Positions 24,234-34,482 of a DNA stretch of 64,000 bases are shown here, piece by piece (position 1 is the first letter of the stretch; each line of letters begins with the position of its first letter). This DNA is from Carpediemonas membranifera BICM (Eukaryota; Protista; Fornicata): positions 388,735 through 452,734 of the forward strand of contig JAHDYR010000038.1 in assembly GCA_019828565.1 (NCBI GenBank). Direction: 5' to 3'. The notes below the pieces were generated by a model. The model did not search any database and was not told the DNA's origin. It saw only the letters and a program-made list of their open reading frames with translations. Position numbers and translations under genes: made by a program.

Positions 24234-24911
24234 TCAAGTCTTCCGGCCGCCCTTCTTGCTGCCCTTCTTCCCAGCGCGCTTCTTCTGCTTCTGCTTCCGC
24301 TGCTCTCTGATTGCCCTGGCCTTCTCCGCCGCCTCGATTCTGACCTTCTCGCCGACGAGCTTCTTCTTGACGCGAACCATGTGCTCATCTGACTTGACCA
24401 TCTCCGCAAGGTACTCCTTCTCCTCAGCACGGAAGTCCAGCTCATCACCCAGATCGGTGTTCTCCTTGAGCTGCACAACGCGTTCTCTAAAGGCCTCTAC
24501 GCATGCCGTGGCATGGTCCAAGAGGGCCGATTCGACAGTGTGGTCGTCCTCGATGTCCTCGACCTTCTCGCAGGGCTTGGTGACGTCGAGGTAGCAGAGG
24601 AAGTCGGAGTCGCGATCCACAACAACCTTGCCGTCATCGCCGACGGGGCGGCGGGGAAGGCGACGGTTCTTAATGTCGATGAAGGCCTTTCCGAGACCAG
24701 TGGAGTCTCTCATAGTGCTGCCCTTCTTCACCATACCGCCCTTTTGTTCCTGTTCCTTCTCAGCCATCATCGCACGGTACACTTCCAGCTCTTTCGCGTC
24801 ATCGTTGTCTCTCTCGATCTCAAAACGCTCAGACCAAGTAGATTTCGCGAGCTTTTCCTCGGGAATTTCGATTTGTTCCACTTCAACGCCCTCAATCTCC
24901 TCGAGATCCAT
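24234..24911 (-). CDS. EBP2: rRNA-processing protein EBP2-like
   Basis: YLAEMVKSDEHMVRVKKKL...IEAAEKAR..RE motif and basic C-terminal tail. Confidence 0.72.
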   Translation of the reverse strand: MDLEEIEGVEVEQIEIPEEKLAKSTWSERFEIERDNDDAKELEVYRAMMAEKEQEQKGGMVKKGSTMRDSTGLGKAFIDIKNRRLPRRPVGDDGKVVVDRDSDFLCYLDVTKPCEKVEDIEDDHTVESALLDHATACVEAFRERVVQLKENTDLGDELDFRAEEKEYLAEMVKSDEHMVRVKKKLVGEKVRIEAAEKARAIREQRKQKQKKRAGKKGSKKGGRKT

Positions 24912-25079
24912 GCTTTCCAGGTGCGAATGATAAAGAGGTGCACTTTAAGCGGATTGAGTCGGCTCGGGAGTTGAGCGATCCAGACTCGGCATGGCCTGCT
25001 ACAGGCATCACAAGGAGCCAGTACGGGTCTCTTTTCCGACTGAGCGGCGAGTCATCTGAAAGCATCAGCAGAAGTCAAG

Positions 25080-25763
25080 ATGAACTTCTTTGATGCTCTT
25101 GCTCAAGGGCCAAAAACACCAGTTTTCATCGAAACAGTCGTTGATCAATCCCAACTTCGCGCTAAGAAGCTGAAGAAATCCACTATCGACGGATGCCAAG
25201 AGTATGTCCCCCATATTGCCTCCAACACAGCATCAGAAAGCACGTAGACGAAGCCAGTCAGCACAACGCAGTTATTGACGAGTGTCTGAAGGCTGTTCTT
25301 AAGTACCACCAGGATATGGCGACGATGGAGCCCCACGCCGATGAGACCTTCGCCTGTCAGAAGAAGGCCGACAAAGCCTTCAAATTTGTTCGTGATAGAC
25401 TGTTTGTTGCACATAGTTGGCCTCAGTTTACCCAGAACCTTGCTTGAGTCGAGTGCAACCCAGCTCGGCCCCCTCTGCCTCGCCCTCAGCGCTCTCGCCC
25501 GAGAATACCCCGAGGAGTGGGCTGAGCGGGTCGACCCGTTCCCCTCAGCCAGTGATCTGGCCGAACGTGCCATGGCTGCGGCCGACTGGGCAATCGGCCT
25601 AGCCTCTGACTTGGGCCAGCTGCTCAGGAGCGGCCGCATCCCCTTCGCTCCAGACCCGGTACAGATGGACGCCATAGTGAGCGAGGCTGCTGCTCTGGGG
25701 AAAAACAAGGGCAGGGCGGAGGGGCTGGGGCATATCTTGGAGTACTACTTCTTCGATGAGTGA
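25080..25763 (+). CDS. Hypothetical protein; predicted introns 25202..25230 and 25402..25435
   Basis: Removing GTATGT...CCAACACAG and GTTTGT...TTTACCCAG gives one continuous ORF MNFFDALAQG...ILEYYFFDE. Confidence 0.55.
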
Positions 25764-25889
25764 AGTGAACGTTGTCTCTGACTTGGGATGATGTGAGGAC
25801 GTACTATATGGTCAAATTCTTGGCTAAGCCCGCATAAATCAGTCGTTTGGTGAATCGCGCAGGATAGGTAGCAAAACCGTTGACCAGTC

Positions 25890-26145
25890 ATGAACGGGCT
25901 CCGTTTCCACGCTCAGCAGCCGCAACAGCCACCATCGGAAGTATGTATGCGTCAAAGTTCACTTACGCAGTTTGTTCGGAAGGTCAAGCTCGTCCAGCGC
26001 AAGTTTGAGAGCATCGCCCGTCCTGCGGTCCAATACGGCGCCATTCCCCTCATCCTTTACCTTGGTCTTACGGTATGCACCTTAATACATCCTCACACAG
26101 ACTGATCCCCGTCCCAACATGCTCTCTGTGTTCAACCCGCTTTGA
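25890..26145 (+). CDS. TOM7: Tom7-like small subunit of the mitochondrial/MRO outer-membrane translocase; introns 25941..25970 and 26073..26100
   Basis: Spliced product is 65 aa: MNGLRFHAQQPQQPPSEFVRKVKLVQRKFESIARPAVQYGAIPLILYLGLTTDPRPNMLSVFNPL. It matches the Tom7 pattern (H/Q)YG.IPL(I/V)..G...DP.P....L.P. Confidence 0.7.
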
Positions 26146-26203
26146 CCCGCTGGTCCATCCGCAATAAACCGCGTCATTTACCTCATTGAGCTGTATCTGC
26201 CCA

Positions 26204-27329
26204 TCACTGGACGTCAGTGATGGCACTACCGTCCCTGATCATGGCATATCGGCCCTGACTTGCCCTGAACAGCTTGTCGTCGAGAGACTTTGAATCGGGT
26301 CCATGAAGCGAGCTCACGAGCCCACTAACGTCTGGCAGGAGGATGGCAGACAGCGCATGGGCCTCAAGTCCTCGCAGTCCGGCATATATACCTCTAGCAG
26401 CCACAGTGGTGTCGCCCTCGGCAGTCAGGTCGTGGTAATACCCTGACTCTGCCGTGGAGTCCGGCGAGGTTCCCTCCAATGTCGAGCACGCCGCACTCGC
26501 CAAGAGGTACGGCCACAGACTCCGCTACGATCTCAACCTCAGCCTCTGAGCGAACCACGAAAGCAGGAGCGTTGCCGGGGGCGTAGTGCTTTGAGGTGTT
26601 GGCCAGGTGCCAGCGACGATGGACCGACACCGACCTTGACGCTGACCTCAACGGCCCACGGACACGTCTCCACTGCCGCCTTGAGTGCCTCTACCGATGT
26701 CCCCCCGCGTCTGAGGACTGTCACGGCCCTGTTGTGGACTCGGGCCACAGTCGACTCGACTCCGACATCACAGGGGCCGTCGTCGATGATCAGGACGTCG
26801 TGTCTGCCGAGGTCCGCGAAAACATGGTCAGCTGTGGTGGGGCTGACGTGGCCGAACGTGTTTGCGGACGGGGCGGCGATGGGGAGATTGGTGTGCTCGA
26901 GAAGGGCGCGGGCAGTGGAGTTCGAGGGGACCCGGACGCCCACAGTGGGGCCGTCTGCCCGTACTACGAGCGGGACGTCGGGCTGGGCTGTGCTTACGAT
27001 GGTGAGAGGGCCAGGCCAGCACGAGGAGGCGAGGGCCTCGAAGACAACGGACTCGTCGTCTGATAGGTCCACAAGGGCTCGTGCAGCGGCAACGGAGTGG
27101 ACGTGAACAATCACTGGGTCATCAAGAGGGCGTCCTTTGTACTCAAAGATGCGACGGACAGCAGCCTCGTCCTTTGCATGGACTCCGAGCCCGTATACGG
27201 TCTCAGTGGGCTAGGTGAGAGAAATGGAGCCTGGTACGAACGAATGCAACAAGCCGACCGGCACGAAGACGCCGCTCAAAGGCATCATCCTTCCAATCGC
27301 CAGTTCAGTGCAACCTTGATCGTGGCCAT
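26204..27329 (-). CDS. SUA5: Threonylcarbamoyl-AMP synthase SUA5 (YrdC + Sua5 C-domain); intron 27211..27241; about 3 single-base frameshifts
   Basis: VAF|PTETVYGLG, KGRP.DDPVIVHV, WPGPLT, AAPSAN.FG..SPT, GVESTV, APGQ...HYAP. Confidence 0.85.
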
Positions 27330-27492
27330 CTTGGCGGGTTTGGTCCGATTCCAGGCAGAGATGGCCACGCTAGTCGATGCATGCGTGAGCAACGCTGGGA
27401 CAGTATGTGCTCAGCCAGTCACATTTGGCACAACACTCTGTTTGAGACATTACCATACCAGTCAAACAATTCAAGGGTCATGATGCACCTGG

Positions 27493-29271
27493 ATGATTTC
27501 GCGAACTGCTCGACCGCTCTCTCTCGTATTCCTCTTGGGTCAAGATTCGAGAATCTTGAGATTTGAAACACAACCAAAAGCGAATCAGAAACACAACCAC
27601 TTGATGCAGCACCGAACTCCAATTGACATTGAGAATGTCCTATTGAAACACATCCCGTCTGTTTGTTACCAATGTGAACAAACAAGAGGCATGGGATGCA
27701 ATGTTACGAGCGGCGTTTGCTCGAAAACACCCGAAACCACAGCCATACAAGACTATATCACTTGGCTATGTGTTCAGTTTGCAGTTAAGGCGGTGCAAGA
27801 CCGCGATGTGATCGCTGACGAGATGCTCGTCCTTTTCAACCAGGCAATGTTCTCAACGGTGACCAATGTCAATTTCGATGACGTTGATTTGATGCTCTAC
27901 GCTGATATCCTCGCCGAGCGGATGGGAAGCATCGGCATCACCGGCGTCAAAAAGTCCGCCGCTGAAGCTGCGTCGACCCTCAAGGACTACGGGCTCGCCC
28001 ACCGCATCCACAAGTTCGGCGAGACCGTCGCCGGCCTCCGCGAGACCGTTGTCTACGGCATCCGTGGCGCCGCCGCCTACGCGGACCACGTCTTCGTGCT
28101 CGAGGGCCTCGACCCCGTGCGCAAGGAGACGTGGATGAACGTCGAGGCGATGGCCGAGCTCAACAAGGACGACCTGTCCGTCGACGCGCTCCTCGGCCTC
28201 ACGCTCAAGGTCGGCGAGGCCAACTTCGGCATCATGGCCGCGCTCGACAAGGCGCACAACGCGGCGCTCGGCCAGCCCAGCTTCGCGCCCGTCAACACCC
28301 GACCCGTCGAGGGCAAGTGCATCCTCATCACGGGCCACGACATGGACGACCTCCACAAGCTGCTCGAGCAGTGCGAGGCGCGCGGCGTGAACGTCTTCAC
28401 CCACGGCGAGATGATCCCCGCCCACGCCTACCCCGCCCTGCGCAAGTACAAGTGCCTCGTCGGCAACTACGGCACGTCGTGGCGCAACCAGCGCAAGGAG
28501 TTCCCGCTCTTCCCCGGCCCCGTGCTCTTCACGACGAACTGCATCATGCCCCCGCGCGAGGACTACAAGCACCGCGTGTTCACGACCGGCCGCGTCGGCT
28601 TCCCGGGCCTGACCCACGTCGCGAACGGCGAGTTCGAGTCCGTGATCGCGGCCGCGCTCGAGGCGCCCGGCTACACCAAAGCCGACGTCGAGGCCGCCAA
28701 CGCCGAGTCGCCCCTGCTCGTCGGCGCGATGCACGCCGAGGTTCTGAGCCACGCGGGCAAGGTCCTCGAGCTGATCTCCGCGGGCAAGTTGCGCCACATC
28801 TTCTTCATCGGCGGCTGCGACGGCAGCACGCCCGGCCGCAACTACTTCTCGGACCTCGCCGAGGCCATCCCCGACGACTGCCTGATCCTGACCGGCGCTT
28901 GCGGCCGCTTCCGCATCAACCGCGTCAAGGACTACGGCGACATCGAGGGCATCCCGCGCCTGCTCGACGTCGGCCAGTGCAACGACGTCTTCAGCGCCAT
29001 CAAGATCGCGGTCGCCCTTTCCGAGGCCACCGGGCTCGCCGTCAATGACCTGCCGCTCTCGCTGTGCGTGAGCTGGTTCGAGCAGAAGGCCGTCGCCGTG
29101 CTGCTGACGCTGCTCCACCTGGGCATCCGCAACATCCGCCTCGGCCCCTCGCTGCCCCGCTTCCTAACCCCCGACGCCCTCGCCGTGCTGGCCGACAAGT
29201 TCGCCCTGAAGCCCACGAACAACAAGGACGCCAAGGGCGACCTCGCCGACATGCTCGCCGGCGAGCACTAG
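27493..29271 (+). CDS. hcp: Hybrid cluster protein (prismane / hydroxylamine-NO reductase)
   Basis: CYQCEQT..GC....GVC cubane motif, TNVNFD, ITGHD, HGEMIPAH, TTNCI, GGCDG, GQCND, WFEQKAV. Confidence 0.95.
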   Translation: MISRTARPLSLVFLLGQDSRILRFETQPKANQKHNHLMQHRTPIDIENVLLKHIPSVCYQCEQTRGMGCNVTSGVCSKTPETTAIQDYITWLCVQFAVKAVQDRDVIADEMLVLFNQAMFSTVTNVNFDDVDLMLYADILAERMGSIGITGVKKSAAEAASTLKDYGLAHRIHKFGETVAGLRETVVYGIRGAAAYADHVFVLEGLDPVRKETWMNVEAMAELNKDDLSVDALLGLTLKVGEANFGIMAALDKAHNAALGQPSFAPVNTRPVEGKCILITGHDMDDLHKLLEQCEARGVNVFTHGEMIPAHAYPALRKYKCLVGNYGTSWRNQRKEFPLFPGPVLFTTNCIMPPREDYKHRVFTTGRVGFPGLTHVANGEFESVIAAALEAPGYTKADVEAANAESPLLVGAMHAEVLSHAGKVLELISAGKLRHIFFIGGCDGSTPGRNYFSDLAEAIPDDCLILTGACGRFRINRVKDYGDIEGIPRLLDVGQCNDVFSAIKIAVALSEATGLAVNDLPLSLCVSWFEQKAVAVLLTLLHLGIRNIRLGPSLPRFLTPDALAVLADKFALKPTNNKDAKGDLADMLAGEH

Positions 29272-29341
29272 ATTAACCTGGTAAATTTCACGTATCGCGT
29301 GACCTGTGGTCATTTACGCTGCTCCAAGTGTTACCTTACCT

Positions 29342-29819
29342 TACGTTCCAGTGGCTGATGACGCACCCCATTCCCACCGAGGGCGCCTATCCCTACATGG
29401 AGATCGACCACAAGTGCGACATCTCCAAGGTTCCCGCCAACATGATGTACCCTGCTGGGCTCATTACTGCCGTCAAGCTGGTTCCAGAGGGCGACGAAAA
29501 CGCCCTGCTCCACGCCCTTCAGTCGAACGTCATTGCGATTGGTGTCTGCGACGACACCCCCGACTTCAAGTCATCCAACGACCGTGTGGCCAAGACCACC
29601 ATGAAGTGCACTCCCAACCGCATTGGCCACTCTGTCACTCTCGTCGGTGCGGGCATTGACGAGATCACTGGCGAGGAGTACTGGGAGGTCCAGAACTCGT
29701 GGAGCTACCTCTGGCGAGATCGCGGCCACATCCGTATCGCCCGTAACCGCGGCGACCAGTTCGGCGTGGCGCTCCAGGCGGCCTACCCCGTTCTTGACCC
29801 CAGCAAGATCCCCTTCTAA
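29342..29819 (+). pseudogene. 5'-truncated duplicate of the cathepsin (lacks the catalytic Cys exon)
   Basis: Matches 17087..17564 and begins mid-exon at TFQWLMTHP. Confidence 0.85.
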
Positions 29820-29920
29820 ATGGATGATTGGCGATCCAATATGGCGCACTCCAAGGCCTGGAAATGATCTTTGCGCTGGTGCAGCTTACCGCGATGCATT
29901 CGGTCGCGAAGGTCAAACAC

Positions 29921-30685
29921 ATGAACTATGGACATCTTGTACTTGGGCCTCCGGGAGCAGGTAAAACAGTCTATTGCCCGCAGCTGTGAGCTTCATGCGC
30001 AAGATCAAGCGCCCAGCAGCCATAATCAACCTCGACAGCGCGAATGAGCACCTTGAGGCGTCCTACAAGCCCTATTGGGACATTCGCTCTATAATTGCCA
30101 TGGAGAAAGTCATGGCTGATGAAGGTCTTGGCCCCAACGGCGCCATGGTCTTCTGCATGGAGTGCCTTGAGAAGAATCTCGACGCGCTCCTCGCCGCCAT
30201 CCGGGAACTCAAAGGTGGCGCCTTCCTGATCTTCGACCTTCCCGGCCAGACCGAGCTGTACACTGTCCACAACTCCCTTGCCGCCATCCTCCATCGCCTT
30301 GAGAAAGAACTGAAGCTCGTTCGACGAGGATGACCTTCGGGACGACGATAGGTTCGACCCGGAGCGATGCATTGACATGCTGAACCGGGCAGAGTCGTAC
30401 GGCCCGTTTAGGGAGTACAACGCGGGCGTCCGGGACCTGCTGGCCGACTTCAGCCTGGTCGCCTTCACACCCCTCTGCTCCAGGGACGATAAGTCCATTG
30501 CATCGCTGATACAGACAGCTGACGGGAGGATTGGGTACATCCCCGGCCTCCTCGGCGAGACCGACCGGGATCCCCTCTCGATAGCCCAGGACATGGCGTC
30601 TGGGCTGTACGAGCCGACAGAGGAGGAGGCGAGCGTGGAGGACCAGGTGCTGGAGCAGCTCAAGGGCATCATGCGGCTTGTGTAG
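29921..30685 (+). pseudogene. GPN2: GPN2-like GTPase, copy 2, with the same lesions as copy 1
   Basis: Same frameshift and same internal deletion; differs from copy 1 by a few substitutions (ESL/ECL, GIR/GVR, GIV/GIM). Confidence 0.75.
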
Positions 30686-32153
30686 TGTTCCAGTTCGCAA
30701 TACTTCCCCTGCTAACGCGCTCTGCCGCCCCCACGAGCAGTATTGTTTGATTTAATCAAAAGTTTTGACAGATTTGCTCACAACCTACTTTGCCTACTTC
30801 GAACCTCACAATGGGCAATATAACACAGCCTGCTGACGATCAAGGTTCTTTTTTTCAAATCGGTGAGCGGGATTCCGAAATTCCGAGCAGCGAGGTTTCT
30901 ATCGATTACAAGACTGGGCAAATGAAATTCTAAGCCTTCCATCAAGTACTTGGTAAAGATTTGATCCCGAAAAGAAAAGGACGGATGTAACGCAGTCTTT
31001 TGACCTGTGGGCATGCCTGAAACTGAAAGGAACGAAAATGATTGGCAGATACAATTTGACCCAAGATGCGAGAGAATGCCACTACTATGCTGGATGGCAC
31101 AAGTGGAGTAGCTCTGGCATAACCAGTTCTCATCCCATGTTTCCCGTTTCTGTAGTGCCGCCAGATTATTCAGCATGACAAGCGATCAGTTTGTAGCCAG
31201 CAGCCCCGATCTGGCTGGCGTTCGAGTGCATCGACTGAGTTGAGCGAGGTGGGGGCCTGCGACTCAATATTGATCTCGATACTGAACCGCAAGCCGACCA
31301 GCATCGGGCACCTCTCCGACGGCGAAGTGTGAATCAAGCTGATATCGCTACCGTATGCCATATGTGCGCGTTCGGTGGTCTCTCGGTTTATTCCCTTCAG
31401 TTGAAGGTTCCAAGCGGTTCGTCTGCGCTGATGTTCTCATCGTCGCGGAACCATGTCGTCATTGCCAACGCCAGTGTAAGGAGTAGTTTGCACCTGTCCC
31501 ATTCTTCTTTGCTTGCTTTGATCTTCAATCCAAGTGGGAGATGATGCGATCCTAATCCTGCGTCATCGTGACACCGGGAAGATTCGATGAGAAAATTCGA
31601 TTTTCGTCCGACCCAAGGTCTAACCCCCGCTGTCTCATCGACGCCTGATGCGATCCCTAGCCTCGCTTGGGGTTGCTACGGGCTGAATAGCCATAAAAGT
31701 AAGGTAAGCTGTTTTCACGGCAATCTCCGGAAGAATTGGATCTGAATCTAAATTGAGCTGCAATTGAGAATCGAGGTCATGCGTTCCCTTCGTTGCCCAC
31801 CCCGGCTTAACCTTGCTTCCCGAGCGGCATCGCCAGCACCCGAGTGCTCTGTGGATCGGCGCTTCGGCCGGGACTGGGGCAGTCGACGCCCGTCAGCGCG
31901 CTGGGATGGCGCAGCCTAGCTGGTGGCAGCACTCTCGGCGCGCGTCGGTGGTCGACGACTCGGCGACTGTGGCCACAAGAGGACAGCGCCAGCTTGGATG
32001 GGCGAAGCAGCGCCACAACACGATTCCGCGGCATTGGGCGTTGAGCATGCGCTGATATCCGCATTCCGCGTTTCGACTGTTGCAACCGCCTCCATCCCCG
32101 GGGACATCCCCTCTCTGCTCCGCCACGCCTACTCCAGGCACTTCAACAAGGTC

Positions 32154-33710
32154 ATGCCGGTAGAGCGCGATGCAGAGACCACCAGTGCATCAGCGAGCAG
32201 CGCAGAACTCGAATCCCTGCAAACCATGCTCTCGAGAATTCCCCCTCTGAAACCAACCGCGCAAGCCCTGCTCGACCGCGCCCGCTCGATCCTCGCAGAC
32301 GGCCCCCCGCTCTCCATGAACGTCGAGCTCGCGGAGGGGCAGGAGCTCCCGGTCGCCCTGCACACCCTGCTCCAAGGCACGCTGTGGGCCGTGATGATGG
32401 CGAGTGGTGCTGACCCAGACCTCATCCCACTCAAACCAGACGAAGCTTGCTTTGACATCTTCGGAGAAGAAGCTTGTAACGACTCCGACTACACTGAATT
32501 CGATGAGGCCGAGGAGGAGAGCTACACTGACGCTGACAAGCTCCCCTGGTTTCTCTGCAAGAAATTGTACTTCACCCATGAGATCGCCCAGAAAGACGGC
32601 CACTCAGAGCTGCACACGGGCCTCTACTTCAGATGCATTCGAACGCGACACTATGCAGGGCGGTTCTTTGCAGGCAATCCGACTTTCCCCAAGTACCACT
32701 GGCTCCGCTGCCCACCCGTCCTCAGGCATGTCATGTGGACGGATACGATCTTCCTGGTGACAGCCAAGGGCCTCTATCGTCAGGCTGGCGAGGAACATCT
32801 TGGCACAACCCCCGCCTCCCGTGTCCGCTTCTCACTATGCCCCGAGATCCAGCAGTACGAGGCTGACCAGCCTGCATGGCACAAGGACCGCGTTGTCACT
32901 GACCTTGTCGTCGGGGAGGGAGAAGTTGACCTTGCCATGCTCCTCACCCCAGTCGGTGTGGCCGCCCTGTCCTATAGCGGGACGTACGTCCTGGTTGACG
33001 ACAGAGAGGACGGCGAGAACTTCGCACCGGTTGCCATGCCGGACGGATTCATCCCGGATCAGATCATGCTGGACGGGGCGACCGTGATTGTGTCAGATGG
33101 GGACCGTCAGGCCGTTGGCGGGGCTAACGAGAGTGGCCAGCTGGGGCTTGGGCACGAATCCGAGGTGATCGGTGTGGTCGAGATACCATTCCACGTGGAA
33201 AGAATATTCTCCTTCGAGGAGGAGGCGACAATCTTTATTATCGACGGCAAACCCATGATCGCAGGCCTCGTGCCCATTGAGCTAACGCTTGCCGGCGCGC
33301 TGGCCCCTTATACCCCCACTCTTGGGGCGAGCCGAGACCCAGCAGACGTCCATTGCCTCGTCCCGACCCCACTATCGCCCAAGTTGCGGCGGATCTTCGA
33401 GGGTGGGCACATCACGACCTTTGAAGACGAGAGTTACATAGTGCTCTATGTTTATTCTGGAGCAGATGAGGATGTATTTTTTACCACCCAGCTTCCGTTT
33501 GAAGTGGTCAACCTGCGGAAGTTTTACGAGGACTATGACGAGGGCAAGGTCGACCTGCTCATGACCGACACCATGGGTGACATGTACCGCGTGTCTGCTG
33601 ATACAGATTCGGCCGATCCTGCGGTCACGGTCGTGTCATGGACGAAGGGGAGAGGCGGGACGATGCCAATGCATGTCACGGTCGACCTGACCAAGCCGGG
33701 GTGGGGGTGA
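32154..33710 (+). CDS. Lineage-specific multigene-family protein with an RCC1-like motif
   Basis: Long ORF with GANESGQLGLG RCC1-type motif; paralog fragments at 12884 and 13388. Confidence 0.7.
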   Translation: MPVERDAETTSASASSAELESLQTMLSRIPPLKPTAQALLDRARSILADGPPLSMNVELAEGQELPVALHTLLQGTLWAVMMASGADPDLIPLKPDEACFDIFGEEACNDSDYTEFDEAEEESYTDADKLPWFLCKKLYFTHEIAQKDGHSELHTGLYFRCIRTRHYAGRFFAGNPTFPKYHWLRCPPVLRHVMWTDTIFLVTAKGLYRQAGEEHLGTTPASRVRFSLCPEIQQYEADQPAWHKDRVVTDLVVGEGEVDLAMLLTPVGVAALSYSGTYVLVDDREDGENFAPVAMPDGFIPDQIMLDGATVIVSDGDRQAVGGANESGQLGLGHESEVIGVVEIPFHVERIFSFEEEATIFIIDGKPMIAGLVPIELTLAGALAPYTPTLGASRDPADVHCLVPTPLSPKLRRIFEGGHITTFEDESYIVLYVYSGADEDVFFTTQLPFEVVNLRKFYEDYDEGKVDLLMTDTMGDMYRVSADTDSADPAVTVVSWTKGRGGTMPMHVTVDLTKPGWG

Positions 33711-33869
33711 GTCTTTCACTTAGCATAGACGTGTGAGATGTCCTCTTATGCTCAGTGAATAAAGCTATCATGTGGACACTTTGTGCATTGAGCTGCCGAA
33801 GTAGCGGTCGCATCTCTGCTTTGCCATTTGAGCCAACTATAAACGGACGGCCGCAAGCTGGCATCTGAA

Positions 33870-34388
33870 ATGGCGAGGGTGACTGATGCCCATTTCAACA
33901 AGAATATTGTACGAAGATCCCTCCCTTACGTGAACCTCCAAGCCAAATTTTCAGCACGTGTGGCGAGTGGAAGAAGTGTCGGATATTCGACAACCCACAT
34001 GCCTTTTACAGCAGAAACACGACCAAGAAACTCACAAATGAATGAAAACACCCAAACGGAGGATAGATTACTAGTATCAGCTCCAACATCCTCAGAATCC
34101 TGGGGCTCCATTGCTCAACAGCCAAAAAACAGCTACTTGGACAGATTAGCACTGCCTTCCACACACCAAAGGACAAAATCAGAATACGGGGGCCCTTATC
34201 CGCCACATTCACTCGCAACACGGATATTCCGCAGCCGATTGCGCGATCTCCAAGGACGCCGTGAGGGAGCACTCGAGCTGACGGAGCCGGAGCAATCGGA
34301 CGCGGACGTCGCCGAGTACTTGCTGCCCGCAAACTCTGTGGTGAAGGTCATGGGGCCGGAGTCGCTCTTCTCTCGCCAGGTCCACTGA
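33870..34388 (+). CDS. Hypothetical protein
   Basis: 172-aa ATG ORF filling the gap between genes; no motif recognised. Confidence 0.3.
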   Translation: MARVTDAHFNKNIVRRSLPYVNLQAKFSARVASGRSVGYSTTHMPFTAETRPRNSQMNENTQTEDRLLVSAPTSSESWGSIAQQPKNSYLDRLALPSTHQRTKSEYGGPYPPHSLATRIFRSRLRDLQGRREGALELTEPEQSDADVAEYLLPANSVVKVMGPESLFSRQVH

Positions 34389-34482
34389 GGTTGAGGTGGG
34401 ATGCTAATCACACCGCCGAGAGAGTATTGAGTTACATGTAGACACGTAAAACTGTAACAGTCGTAGGGACCTTCATATCCTT

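Larger units (their letters stand above)
29342..31213 (+). repeat. Right arm of the inverted duplication (partner 15692..17564)
   Basis: Near-identical reverse complement of the left arm. Confidence 0.95.

Noticed and set aside
26204-27329. Multiple frameshifts in SUA5 (also kinase ~9127 and pol ~42070) as programmed frameshifting or RNA editing
   Set aside because: They mostly fall in short homopolymers, go in both directions and share no motif; long-read consensus error is the simpler explanation.
27853-29118. Long antisense or alternative-frame ORFs over hcp, the kinase, the ABC transporter, the RT and the Cys-rich gene
   Set aside because: Shadow ORFs caused by high GC3 codon bias; no recognisable motifs.
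15692-31213. Composite transposon carrying the hydrogenase and hcp
   Set aside because: The arms are host gene fragments with no transposase, terminal inverted repeat or target-site duplication.
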